A stretch of DNA of 64,000 bases from an uncultured Pirellulaceae bacterium (GCA_938084685.1 CALKGE010000003.1:99898-163897); one strand, 5' to 3'. Positions 10,109 to 20,703 are shown, counted from the stretch's first letter. Numbers and translations are program-made. The notes: generated from the sequence alone by a model not told the origin.

Positions 10109-13100
10109 ATGCCATATAGGAATCGTCAGATCGATTGTATGCCTCATCCTCACACTGCTTCCGCATCGCCCGCTCTGATTGGCTCATGGCTACGAGTCAC
10201 GCTTTTGTTGACTCTGGTTGGCTCCCTTGCTATGGCTCCGATGGCACGAGCCCAGGTGGAGGTAAGGAACGCGCAGGAAACAGAAGATGGGATCGGAGAA
10301 GTTCGTAAGGCTCCGACTGAGATTGTATTGTTGCGCGACAAAAATGGTAATCTCGTCAAGGTTGCAACGAATCTTTCTCTGGAAGAGTACCTACGGATTT
10401 ATAATCAGCAGAGTGATGTCGAAGATGATAACGCTCCGCCAGCTTTTGTCATTGATCAAGCGGTATATACCGGTCAGGCTTCCGCAACGCACCTCTCTTT
10501 TACGGTCCAGTTCCGGGTTCAGCTGATTCAGGCGGTTCAGGAAGAGTGGGTGAAAGTTCCGCTGCGACTGCCACAGTGTGTTATGCGAGCGGCCCCAAAC
10601 TATACCGGTGACGGTGAGTTTTTTGTAACCTGGGATGCTCAGTTAGGCCATGTTGCCTGGATGCGGGGAGACATTAACAGTCAACATATGATCTCTCTGC
10701 ATCTGACTCGTCCACTGCGACAGGCAGGTCAGGTGACCGAGCTGGTGCTACAACCACCCGTAGCTCGCAGTCAGTTCCGGCAACTAGTTGTTCCCGTCAA
10801 GCAAGCACAAGCAGCGGCGGGCGAATTGGAAGTCCGAGTTTCCAATGTGTCTGGTACGGCGACGTCCTTCGCCTTTGATTTTCAGTCTGACGAGCTTATT
10901 TTTGGCTGGAGTGCTGAGGACGCTGTTTTTTCGCAACCACTCTCCCGAATCCAGGCGTCGGTAGAAACAAGTTTTGCAGTGCATCAAAACCGCAGCATCA
11001 GTGCTCGGGGAGTGTTAACCGTAACGGGTTTAGGAGCAGAGGTAACCGATTTTGAAGTTCTGTTGCCTACGGGCATGACGTTGCTGGACATTCCCAGTCC
11101 CACATTTCGTGCCACTCGATTACCCGCAACCGAGGAACGCATAGAGCAGCAACGCGAGCGGGTTCGGATCAGTATCGTTCGTCCTCAATCAAATGTGACC
11201 ATTCCCCTGGAAGCAGAGTCTAAACCTGAAAATGAAGACAATGCCAACGGCAACCAAACGTTTAACGGATTTGAAGTGGTCGACGCAGTCAAACAGTCGG
11301 GCAGCATTAGTGTGAGTACGACGACCAATTGGGATGTCGTCTGGCAATTGAGCGGCGATATCCGCCGGACTCCTCGGACGTTTGACTCAGCGGCAGGGAG
11401 TCAGGGACTTCAGCAATTTGACTTTGAATACTATAACGTTGCCTACACGGTTGTTGGTGTATTGCAGGAGCGGGAAAATCAGTTTCTGGTGGTCCCTGCC
11501 TACTTGCTGGAAGTTTCCCCCACCCAATTACGCATGACGGCTACGTTAAGGTGCCTTTATTCCGGTTCTGGACAATATCAACTGTCCGGCAATTGGGATG
11601 GTTGGGATTTGGACCAGGTGTTTCAGAGCGTGGAGGGAACGTTACAACTGGTGAATGCAGAGTTAACTGACGGGACACTTGGTTTTCAGATTTCGACGGC
11701 CGATACGGATTCCCGCGGTGAGTTTGAGGTCAGTATACGTGCCAGAAAACAACTTCCGGCAGAGACGGAGGATGACCGCCCTCTGGATTTACTCATTCCC
11801 CGGCTGGATGTTACCAGTACGATGAATGCGAGCATTTTGAAAGGCACACGAACGGTAATTCTGCAGCCTGCAAATAATGTGAAATTAATGCCAGACATGG
11901 AAAACATGGTGGGCTTACTGGCGGGTAGTGTGAATGATGTTTCTGACGAGACCTTGCCGGAGTATCAGCAAACGCCGTTAGTCTTTCATTCTCAGCCCAA
12001 TCTTGACGCTGAAGAAGTATTGCGATTTGTGGGGACGATTGGAACTCGGAAGAGAAGCGTTTTAGTGGCTTCCCGAACGGCTGTCCAACTGGAGGAAAAA
12101 TATGCATCCTTCGAACAGGTACTCGATTACCAGATTGCCTACGAGCCGATTCGTCAGATAACACTAACTGTACCCGGTGTCGTGCGACGCCCGGAAAACC
12201 TGCGTATTTTCCTGCAGCCTGCCGACGCGTCAGGAGAGGATGGAAGTGGGAATGTAATTCTTCCCTGGAGTGTTGTGCCAAGTTCGGCGCAGGTTGATCA
12301 AGAGCGAACGCAATTGGAGATTGAACAGGTAACGGTTGATTTGCTTGCCGAATACAATGGTGCATTGAGAATTGTGTTGAGGTATCAGGAACAGTTGCCG
12401 CTGCTAATGGCGGATACTTCGCAACGGGTGAATTTCCTGCTGGTTTCACCCTCGTCGGAGGAAGTCCGCCTGGTTCAGAACGAGGTCACTCTGAATACTC
12501 AGGATATATTTGTCAGCGAACCGGCGGATGACGTTTGGCAGGTTGTACGTGGAGTGACATCTGAGGATACGGGGGCTGACAGTCTGCGGCTTCGAGCATC
12601 AGAAGGAGTCACAAGCCTTCCAGTAGAGATGCGCATGCGACGAGATATTACGAGGACGTCGACATTGATCCAACGTCGTTGGATACAGACCGCATTGCTT
12701 AACGGTCAATGTCGGGAGCGTATGGCGATGTTTGTCAGAACTAACGAAGCTGATTTGCACGTCAAGTTTCGTGAAGGAACGATCGACCCTGCAACCTTGA
12801 TTGTCGCGGTCAATAATCAACGGGTACCAGTTGATCAGGTAGTGCTTGACTCCCAGGGGCAGTTAACGGTCCGTCTGGCAGCTTCGGGTATCGAGTCGGA
12901 TTACCGGATCGAACTTTGGTATATGCGAGCTGATTTTGATGACAAACGGCTTGATTTGGAATTACCTCAGGTGGTTGATTCCGGCCTGAGTGGTTCTACG
13001 TATTGGCAGTTGGTGACGACCAATGACCAGCATCTATTGGGAAGCCCTCAAGGCTGGACACCAGAGTACGACTGGATCTGGTCCGGACTTTTCTGGTTTA

Positions 13101-13615
13101 GAAGTTCCGTACTTGAACAATCGGATCTGGAGGCCTGGGTGGGCGTTGCGAACCAGTTGAAGCTGCCAGAGAATACCAATCAATACCTGTTGTCAACGGT
13201 TGGAGAAGTGACAACGCTGAATGCCTCGGTTACCAGCCGCTCGACCTTGTTGCTGTTCTTGTCTGGAATGGTGTTGCTGGTGGGGCTGGCTATTTTGAGG
13301 CTCCGTTTTATGCAGCAGCCGATCGTTATTTTTGGAGTAGGACTGGTAGCGGCACTGGTTGCCGTCTGGTTTCCAGAATGGATGTTACTGGTTATTCAGG
13401 CCTCGTTTCTGGGAGGTCTGCTTGTCGTACTGTCACGAATCTTGAACTGGCTTCTGGCCGGTCCGGGCTGGAGTAGTCGCCCAATTCATCGCAGCAGTTT
13501 ACACACAGATACTAACTCGGCAGCGATTTCACTTTTGAAACTTGATTCGTCGATTGCAGCTGCCAACTCACCTCCGATTGTCGATGATTCCGAGCAGCAA
13601 CAGGCATCAACGTGA
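10109..13615 (+). CDS. Giant envelope protein, module 1 (signal peptide, ~1000-aa ectodomain, C-terminal triple-TM cluster); unknown family
   Basis: 1168-aa ORF with signal-like ...LLLTLVGSLAMAPMARA/QVEV. Three hydrophobic helices lie at nt ~13241-13457 (STLLLFLSGMVLLVGLAILRL..IVIFGVGLVAALVAVWF..MLLVIQASFLGGLLVVL). Its stop overlaps the start of the next gene (GTGA). Confidence 0.8.
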   Translation: MPYRNRQIDCMPHPHTASASPALIGSWLRVTLLLTLVGSLAMAPMARAQVEVRNAQETEDGIGEVRKAPTEIVLLRDKNGNLVKVATNLSLEEYLRIYNQQSDVEDDNAPPAFVIDQAVYTGQASATHLSFTVQFRVQLIQAVQEEWVKVPLRLPQCVMRAAPNYTGDGEFFVTWDAQLGHVAWMRGDINSQHMISLHLTRPLRQAGQVTELVLQPPVARSQFRQLVVPVKQAQAAAGELEVRVSNVSGTATSFAFDFQSDELIFGWSAEDAVFSQPLSRIQASVETSFAVHQNRSISARGVLTVTGLGAEVTDFEVLLPTGMTLLDIPSPTFRATRLPATEERIEQQRERVRISIVRPQSNVTIPLEAESKPENEDNANGNQTFNGFEVVDAVKQSGSISVSTTTNWDVVWQLSGDIRRTPRTFDSAAGSQGLQQFDFEYYNVAYTVVGVLQERENQFLVVPAYLLEVSPTQLRMTATLRCLYSGSGQYQLSGNWDGWDLDQVFQSVEGTLQLVNAELTDGTLGFQISTADTDSRGEFEVSIRARKQLPAETEDDRPLDLLIPRLDVTSTMNASILKGTRTVILQPANNVKLMPDMENMVGLLAGSVNDVSDETLPEYQQTPLVFHSQPNLDAEEVLRFVGTIGTRKRSVLVASRTAVQLEEKYASFEQVLDYQIAYEPIRQITLTVPGVVRRPENLRIFLQPADASGEDGSGNVILPWSVVPSSAQVDQERTQLEIEQVTVDLLAEYNGALRIVLRYQEQLPLLMADTSQRVNFLLVSPSSEEVRLVQNEVTLNTQDIFVSEPADDVWQVVRGVTSEDTGADSLRLRASEGVTSLPVEMRMRRDITRTSTLIQRRWIQTALLNGQCRERMAMFVRTNEADLHVKFREGTIDPATLIVAVNNQRVPVDQVVLDSQGQLTVRLAASGIESDYRIELWYMRADFDDKRLDLELPQVVDSGLSGSTYWQLVTTNDQHLLGSPQGWTPEYDWIWSGLFWFRSSVLEQSDLEAWVGVANQLKLPENTNQYLLSTVGEVTTLNASVTSRSTLLLFLSGMVLLVGLAILRLRFMQQPIVIFGVGLVAALVAVWFPEWMLLVIQASFLGGLLVVLSRILNWLLAGPGWSSRPIHRSSLHTDTNSAAISLLKLDSSIAAANSPPIVDDSEQQQAST

Positions 13616-16600
13616 TACGTATTCAGATTCGATTCGTGATTTGCCTTTTTGTGCTTTTGACGAATTGTCATTTTGTGGCCGCACAGCAGTCTGAGAAGAA
13701 GACGACGGACTTGCTGTATCGGCAGATCAAGGTGGAAGAAAAAGATCTTGATGAAATTCTGGCTGGCACCGTACCATTACTGCGATCTCAATTTGAGGAA
13801 ATGCTGAGTGCTGTCAATCGGTCAGGCCGGCAGAACGCGGAGTCTTCCCCCGAGTTTCGTCAGGGGGCGTACATCCGCCAGGCCATGTATTATGGGCGCG
13901 TGCAGGGAGGGCAGATCGTTGATGGTCGAGCGGTTCTGGGGATTGACGCCGACCCCGATCGTGAAGGGCTTGTACCACTGGTTCCTCTGTCTATTGCCAT
14001 TGATTCACCCCAGTGGGCCGCCACGCCGACAGCAGAGAATCAGGCAACGATGGTTTCGGCCACCTGCGGTGTTACCGATCGAAATATCCCACTGGTAAAG
14101 CTTGCCGGCTCGGGAGAACTGATGTTTAACTGGAGTTTGAGTGGAACGACGGTTATCGAGAGCGAAAAGAAATTCAGTTTCGATGTTCCTCAAAGTGAAT
14201 CCAGTTACCTGATTTTTGATTTGCCAACAGATCTGGTGTTGCGCAGCTCCGGTGGGATTGTGTGGAATCCTGTTGATGGTGAGGTGCCGTTGCCTCTTGA
14301 GGGGCTGCCCGAATTGCAGGAGCAGTTTTCGCGTTGGGTTGTCCAGTTGGGAACGCAGTCGAGGACGATGCTGACGGTATTATCCGGGGATACAGTCGGG
14401 ACGAGTACGAGGGTTCTGTTCTATAGTCAGGATCTGCAGTATTCGTTGTCGAGAGAGGGGCTTGAGTTGGTAAGCCAGATCACTCTGGATTCTGTTGGTG
14501 TTCAACGTCAATCTCTGGTCTTTCAACTTACGTCTGATACGGAACTAGTGCGAGTGACCGCCGGGGGAACAGAACTGATCCCCACGCGATTGGATGGAAG
14601 CGAAAATCAATGGTCTGTCACATTGGATGGTACAGCAGGCCAGGTTCTGGTTTCGATTGAAGCGATATCCAGATTCCGTCCACTGCAACCCCAGGTTTTA
14701 CCGTTGATCAAGGTGGTCGATGGGATTTGGAGGCAGGGCCAGGTTTCGTTAGTCATTGCAGATGATTTGGATCTTTACCGTCTGGACGTACAGGGGGCAT
14801 TGGAGAGTCGTATTGAGTCAGCAGCGATGGAGCAACGCCGCATTCTGGAGATGTTCGATCCCTCTCCGCACATCGTCGTCGTGGCCGGCCATCAGGAGGC
14901 GGAGCTGCATGCTAGTCAGGTCTCGAGGTTTGAGATCGAGCCCGGGCGGATCAATCTGCAGACTGAGGTGCGATTGACAGCTGCCACGGAATCGATGCAT
15001 CAGTTACATCTGGAGGTTTTCAAGGGATGGGTGTTAGAGGCAGTTCATCTGGAAAGAGATGTGGCAGGGCCACAACAGTATCTTCCTCGTGTTCTGAAGA
15101 CAGAGCGCACTGGAAGTACGATCTACGAAATTGATTTACAGGAGGGCATCGAACCGGGGCGTCTCATAGCATTAAGGATGAATCTGACTCGGGAAATCAA
15201 AACCAATCAAATTTCGGGTGAGACATTAACGGCAGTGGCGTTTCCGAGCGTGGCGGAGTCAACGCTACAGAAAAAACGAGTGGTACTCCAGCAGCATCTC
15301 GTTGGACTCACAACCAAGCGGCCAAATGTCTTATCCATTTCTGAGTTGGGAGCATCGCAGGTTAATCGTCTTGACCTGGCCACTGATGAAGTAAGTTCTG
15401 AGATGCTACTGAGAGATGTGGAGATTGTGTTTGCGGATGCGAGCTATGTGTCATCATTACAGATTGGGTTGGCACCGGCAACACAGACGTTCGAAGCTCG
15501 GTTGGAAACAGATATTACGGTTTCGGATGTCGTCAATGAAGAGACGAGGATTCAGATTAACCCGCTGGGTACACCAGTAAAGAAAGTGGTGATTTATAGT
15601 TCAGGGTTGAGCGGGACGGATGTGACATGGGAGCTTGCAAAGACAGGTGATTCGACGGTTTCCGTGGGAGCGGTAGCCAGTGTGGAGATGTCAGAAGAGG
15701 ATGGTTGGCAACGGTGGCAGATTGAATTGGTTGATCCTCGGGTCAACCCGTTCGAGTTAAAAGGAGTTCGGACGCTCGACCGTGACACATTCCTGAGGGT
15801 ACCTCTTTATCGCGTGGAAGGGGCTCAGCTGTTTACCGCGTCAGCGGAGATCGGCTGGTCGGAACAGGTGCATGTGGATATAAGCAGGGAACAGTCGATC
15901 GAACGAGTGCTTCCGTCGCGTCTGCGAGGATCGTCGTCGTTTTTCGTGGAGGCCATCGAATATGGAATGCCAGTTGGAACTCCACCTCAGGTGGCTCTGG
16001 TGTCCCGTACAGAACCTTTGGAGCACGTCGTCTGGAATGCTCACGTTCACTCCAAATACCTGATCCATGGGCATAGCAGTCATGAAATCAGATATGTTGT
16101 AGAGCAGCAGGGATTGCACGATTTACTAGTGGATTTACCTCCGCAAGTTGCAGTCGAGAGTGTTTGGGTGGATAACCAGGCAATCCATCTGGCTTCGATA
16201 CGTCGGTCTGATTCGCCACAGCGTTTGCAGATTCCATTGCAAACAGAGACTCGTTTTGCAAAAGTTCGAATTCGATTTACTACCAGTTCCGCCTCGTTAG
16301 GGTTTCGGACAGAGTTGCAAAAACCTCTTCCTGAAGTAAATGCCAGAGTGTTGCAATCGTACTGGTCGGTAGCTGTTCCACCAGGTTATGAATTAGCCCG
16401 GCAGTCGAAGGAGAATTCGGTTGCCGTGAGGTTGTTTGGCCCCTGGTTGAGAAAGGTACGTTCAGGACAGGGAGGAGAAACGGGTTGGCGCCGGTCAGCA
16501 GGTGAGGACTCTGACGGACAGTTATCCAAATTAAACTCTTTGCTGGAACGTGCTGCTTTGATCAGACCAAATGCCGACGAGGTGGTGGAGGTGACCTGGT

Positions 16601-19600
16601 CGGACTGGCTGCGTAACGTTCAGATGCTGTTAAATGAAGAATGGAAGGGCTACACATTAGCCGTTGACGTTGTCGCTCTGAATGCTCTGGGAATCAATCC
16701 CGCGACTCCGCTTGATACAGTGCAAGAGGTGTCACACAGAACATCGGTTATGCAGTGGTTGGAGAAGTCGGAACTGGCGTTTGTCAGGGATGGCCAGCGG
16801 ATTATTCTGTCATCCGATCGCTGGATTGACGAAGATCTGTTGAGCCAGGGACGGTTCATTGAAATTGATTCAGAAATTCGACCTGTGTTTACCACGTATG
16901 AACTGGCAGGTGGGTCGGTCATCAGGTTGGAGGATTGGATTCTTGGCCGCCGGGTACTCTCACTACTTTCCGAACAGGAAGTCAGGCAGCTCCACGAGAC
17001 GCTCCGGCAGGATCTTATGTGGACGTATGAGTCTGGAGTGAAGCAGGCAGGAACCGGGATTTCCCTGGTTGTGTACAACAATGCTTCTCTGGTGACAGCG
17101 TCCTGGGCGAGTTTATTCGTTTGGTTTGGTCTGTTTCTCTGGTTCAGTCGGAAAAAATGGGAGTGGGCATTTATCATCCCTTCTCTGACGGCGACGGTAG
17201 CCATGTTCATCGGGGATGTCTTTGTGGGGTTTGGAGCTCAGGCATTTATTGCGTCACTGGCTGTCGCCGTTTGCACCATTGTGACGCGGCTGCAGGTTGG
17301 TGTGCGGGAGCCCCGAGTGAACTCTGAACTGGACTTTGAATTGCAGTCCCGTCCCGGTATGGTTGCGCCGCTTCTGGTCTTGGCAGTTGCTTTAGGAAGC
17401 ACTCATCTGGCTTCCGCATTTCAACCACCTCCGGTGACGCCCGATACGGCAAGGGATGCAGCGGCCGTGCCTGCTAAGTCACCAGTTGTCGTGCCCTCTG
17501 TTCACAACGTGTACTTCCCTGTTGACAGTGAGGGGAAGGACGCGGGGGAGTACCTGTATGTCGCAGATGAGTTTTATCAGAAACTGCGGAAGTGGTATTC
17601 ACGCGTTGGTAGCCAGACAGAGAGTTGGCTGATCACCGAAGCTCAGTACCAGGTGAATTGGTTGAATGACGAACAGGATTCTGGAGAGGTGACTCCCGTG
17701 ATGAATGTCTCGTATCACATGGAGTTGAGTGAAGGGGAGCAGCAAATCACGCTTCCGCTGGATGCTCGGCAATCTGAAATTCAGGAAGTCGTAGTCGAAG
17801 GAGAGCCGGTTGAATTTCAATGGCTGGCAGATCGTCAGGCCGTCCAAATACCTGTGAGCCAGGAAGGAAATGTGACGGTTGAACTGGAATTGATTCCGGT
17901 TGTTCAGTCGTTAAACAATGTTCATCGTTTCGAAATTGACATCCCCGGTGTGCCAGAATCGACGTTGGAGACATCGCCGATTTCAGATGAGCATCAGGTA
18001 CTGCTGACTGGTTCGTTAGGGCGTATTCATAACGACACTCTTGGTGGTCGAATTGTGGCAGCCTTAGGCAGTACGCGGCGTCTGGGAGTGCTTTGGGGGG
18101 TAGGCGATGTTGAAATAGCAGGTTCGTCTGTGCTGGAGTCTGAAGAGTATTACTGGTTACGTATCGCCCCGCACGCGGTTGTCATGGATGTTCGCATGAA
18201 AATTGATGTGATTGCAGGAACAACGCAACAGTTCAGTATGAATGTGGATCCTCGTCTCAGGCTCTTACCCATCCGCCCAGGACAGCTCGTGGTCGGAGCT
18301 CCTCGCATCCGAGATGGTGATACCAAAACGTTGTACTTTTCGTTGCAGCGTCCCGTCTCTGATTCCTTCGAAGTGCAATTATCATTTTATCTGGAAGATG
18401 TTTCCGGTATCGGAAATGTTCCCATTCCTGAAGTGACTCCTGTAGTTCAGCGTCGTCGGGCGCGTTGGTTGGCATTGAGTGTGGAAGACGACTTAACCTG
18501 GCGCAGTTCCCTGGAGTCTGTGAGCGACGCGTTGCAGGCTGAAGTTCTGGCTCAATGGGGAAATCAGGAATCGCCTCAGGCTGTGTACGCACTAGTGGAT
18601 GGTCAGGGGGAGATGAGTGAGCCGATTACTACATTGCCAAGAGTGGTGAAGACCGAAGTGGTTCAGTCCTGTGACGTGATCGTGAACCCTGACGAGCTTC
18701 TGATGTTGTATCACGCTGAATTGTTGCTTGAAGACGGAGTTGCCTTTCAGCAGCGTTTTCAGGTTCCCAGTGAATTTGTTGTTGAGTCGGCAACGTTACA
18801 TCAGGAGGGAGTGGTTCTGGAAGCGAAGGTACAGCATTCCAATGATGGATATCTAAGCGTGTTCACCGATGCTGGGATATCAGGAGAACTGGTATTTGAG
18901 CTACGAGGAAAACTGCCAGTCCGACGCAGGACCCTGCCCATACCAACGATTACTCACGAACAAGGAATTGTCATGGATGATCAGATCAGGATCATCCAAC
19001 GTTCAGGGACGTTGGTTCAGGTAGTCCGTGACAATGAGTTGACTCAGGAAGCCGGAGATTATCTGGAGAACGTCGATGGTCGTTTGGTAGCTGAATTTGA
19101 CTCGTCACGTGAGGCTGGCGACAGCAGTCTGTCAGTACTTCGCATTAACACAGTAGTACGTGGAGCAGCCAGCGGCGGATTGGCAGAACTTGACGGTAAT
19201 CGGATGTTTGAGATTCGAGGTGAGCTTCAGGTGGTTGAAGGCCAGGTGGACCAGCTTCAATTAAAGCTTCAGAATGTCCTGTTTGACAGCATTGAAGAAT
19301 CGACGGGGGGATTCACTTTGGAGTCAAGGCAGATCGCTCCGAAAAGTTATCTAGTCACCCTGCGGCCTGATCAGCTTATTTCCGATACCCTTCAATTTCA
19401 TTTGAAATTGGAATTGCAGGAGACAGATGGAATTCTGGAGTTGCCCAGATTTGAAGTGGTTAACAATCTGGCGGGTAATGTTCAGCAATTCTTTTATGCT
19501 CCGAACTTGATCGATCAGCAAAAGATGCAGTGGGAAGCGGTGGGGGCGCAGCGTATTACGACGTGGTCCCACGCTCTGGTTCCGGAGCAGGTGACGACAG

Positions 19601-20703
19601 AGACTCACACGGTATTTTTGGGAACCGGGGAAACAGAGATTCGTTCGACTGCATTTATCCAGCGTGCCTCCCGGTTGCAAGTGCAGGTAGCCAGTTACGA
19701 ATTGGCGGTGATAGACCGTCAACACCTGGTGGGAGTAGCCAGATTCTATGTGCTTCCTTCGCGTGGTCAGGATTTAACCTTGCTTTGGCCCGAGCTGTGG
19801 AAATTGGAAACGGTAACCATTCAGGGAACTGCGGTGGTGCCTGAAGTCGATTCCATTCATGCATCTGCAGGTGAACAACGTTCGGGTGTGGTGATACCAC
19901 TTCTTTCGGACCGTCAGTACCAGCAAGTTGATGTCGTCTTTTCGCTGGAGGATGAATCGGTCCTGGCTGGCGGGCAAAATCTGATTTTACTACCTGTCCC
20001 GGAAAACGAAGTTGTCACGTCAACGATTGAGATTTTGGCTTCCAACGCAGATTATAAACTCCTGCGATTTGACAGTGATAATCTGGACACAGGGTCGTTG
20101 TCCGCAGTCTTTGCCAATGAAGTTGACTGGGGCATGGAGGTGGTGAGTAACCAATTGACCGGGAACTTTGAGGTGAATGAAAGTCTGTTGGCAGAACAGG
20201 AATACTGGCAGAAATACAGAGACAGGCTGCAGTTGCTGGACGACTTCGAAGACAGTGAACGAGGCGAAGTGGAGCTCACCGATTTGCCAGATACTGGTTT
20301 TGGTTACCGTGACTATCAGTTGTTACAGGCTCCGGGAATCAGGTTGGCTGCGATGACAGATGGAGCGTTACCGCAGGTTTTGATTCATACGCAGCTGCAC
20401 TCGTCTTCGGTACTCATCTGGTGGCAGCTCGGAGTGATATTGGGAGTTTTGGCGATTTCTGTGTTGGTTTACTTTTTGACAGTTCGAGGCTGGTTTACGG
20501 ATTGGGTGAGCCATGCTCCGATGAGCCCCGTTGTGTTACTGGGTGTCATTTGGTGGACTTTCTTTACACCTTCGTTCATTGGAATAGCTCTGGTTCTGGT
20601 GGCACTTTTGAGATTGTTTGTTTCCGATGGTCGCTTCATCAAAGTCCGGTTTCACTGGGTACGGGAAGCCCGCACGACGGTTACCAGAAGAAGCCAGGTT
20701 TGA
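13612..20703 (+). CDS. Giant envelope protein, modules 2+3 fused (two copies of the same signal/ectodomain/triple-TM architecture); unknown family
   Basis: 2363-aa ORF with a GTG start at 13612 that overlaps the upstream TGA. The N-terminal signal is MIRIQIRFVICLFVLLTNCHFVAA/QQ. An internal TM cluster lies at nt ~17100-17290, followed by a second signal-like segment (M1250, nt 17359: MVAPLLVLAVALGSTHLASA). A terminal TM cluster lies at nt ~20400-20640. Confidence 0.8.
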   Translation: MIRIQIRFVICLFVLLTNCHFVAAQQSEKKTTDLLYRQIKVEEKDLDEILAGTVPLLRSQFEEMLSAVNRSGRQNAESSPEFRQGAYIRQAMYYGRVQGGQIVDGRAVLGIDADPDREGLVPLVPLSIAIDSPQWAATPTAENQATMVSATCGVTDRNIPLVKLAGSGELMFNWSLSGTTVIESEKKFSFDVPQSESSYLIFDLPTDLVLRSSGGIVWNPVDGEVPLPLEGLPELQEQFSRWVVQLGTQSRTMLTVLSGDTVGTSTRVLFYSQDLQYSLSREGLELVSQITLDSVGVQRQSLVFQLTSDTELVRVTAGGTELIPTRLDGSENQWSVTLDGTAGQVLVSIEAISRFRPLQPQVLPLIKVVDGIWRQGQVSLVIADDLDLYRLDVQGALESRIESAAMEQRRILEMFDPSPHIVVVAGHQEAELHASQVSRFEIEPGRINLQTEVRLTAATESMHQLHLEVFKGWVLEAVHLERDVAGPQQYLPRVLKTERTGSTIYEIDLQEGIEPGRLIALRMNLTREIKTNQISGETLTAVAFPSVAESTLQKKRVVLQQHLVGLTTKRPNVLSISELGASQVNRLDLATDEVSSEMLLRDVEIVFADASYVSSLQIGLAPATQTFEARLETDITVSDVVNEETRIQINPLGTPVKKVVIYSSGLSGTDVTWELAKTGDSTVSVGAVASVEMSEEDGWQRWQIELVDPRVNPFELKGVRTLDRDTFLRVPLYRVEGAQLFTASAEIGWSEQVHVDISREQSIERVLPSRLRGSSSFFVEAIEYGMPVGTPPQVALVSRTEPLEHVVWNAHVHSKYLIHGHSSHEIRYVVEQQGLHDLLVDLPPQVAVESVWVDNQAIHLASIRRSDSPQRLQIPLQTETRFAKVRIRFTTSSASLGFRTELQKPLPEVNARVLQSYWSVAVPPGYELARQSKENSVAVRLFGPWLRKVRSGQGGETGWRRSAGEDSDGQLSKLNSLLERAALIRPNADEVVEVTWSDWLRNVQMLLNEEWKGYTLAVDVVALNALGINPATPLDTVQEVSHRTSVMQWLEKSELAFVRDGQRIILSSDRWIDEDLLSQGRFIEIDSEIRPVFTTYELAGGSVIRLEDWILGRRVLSLLSEQEVRQLHETLRQDLMWTYESGVKQAGTGISLVVYNNASLVTASWASLFVWFGLFLWFSRKKWEWAFIIPSLTATVAMFIGDVFVGFGAQAFIASLAVAVCTIVTRLQVGVREPRVNSELDFELQSRPGMVAPLLVLAVALGSTHLASAFQPPPVTPDTARDAAAVPAKSPVVVPSVHNVYFPVDSEGKDAGEYLYVADEFYQKLRKWYSRVGSQTESWLITEAQYQVNWLNDEQDSGEVTPVMNVSYHMELSEGEQQITLPLDARQSEIQEVVVEGEPVEFQWLADRQAVQIPVSQEGNVTVELELIPVVQSLNNVHRFEIDIPGVPESTLETSPISDEHQVLLTGSLGRIHNDTLGGRIVAALGSTRRLGVLWGVGDVEIAGSSVLESEEYYWLRIAPHAVVMDVRMKIDVIAGTTQQFSMNVDPRLRLLPIRPGQLVVGAPRIRDGDTKTLYFSLQRPVSDSFEVQLSFYLEDVSGIGNVPIPEVTPVVQRRRARWLALSVEDDLTWRSSLESVSDALQAEVLAQWGNQESPQAVYALVDGQGEMSEPITTLPRVVKTEVVQSCDVIVNPDELLMLYHAELLLEDGVAFQQRFQVPSEFVVESATLHQEGVVLEAKVQHSNDGYLSVFTDAGISGELVFELRGKLPVRRRTLPIPTITHEQGIVMDDQIRIIQRSGTLVQVVRDNELTQEAGDYLENVDGRLVAEFDSSREAGDSSLSVLRINTVVRGAASGGLAELDGNRMFEIRGELQVVEGQVDQLQLKLQNVLFDSIEESTGGFTLESRQIAPKSYLVTLRPDQLISDTLQFHLKLELQETDGILELPRFEVVNNLAGNVQQFFYAPNLIDQQKMQWEAVGAQRITTWSHALVPEQVTTETHTVFLGTGETEIRSTAFIQRASRLQVQVASYELAVIDRQHLVGVARFYVLPSRGQDLTLLWPELWKLETVTIQGTAVVPEVDSIHASAGEQRSGVVIPLLSDRQYQQVDVVFSLEDESVLAGGQNLILLPVPENEVVTSTIEILASNADYKLLRFDSDNLDTGSLSAVFANEVDWGMEVVSNQLTGNFEVNESLLAEQEYWQKYRDRLQLLDDFEDSERGEVELTDLPDTGFGYRDYQLLQAPGIRLAAMTDGALPQVLIHTQLHSSSVLIWWQLGVILGVLAISVLVYFLTVRGWFTDWVSHAPMSPVVLLGVIWWTFFTPSFIGIALVLVALLRLFVSDGRFIKVRFHWVREARTTVTRRSQV

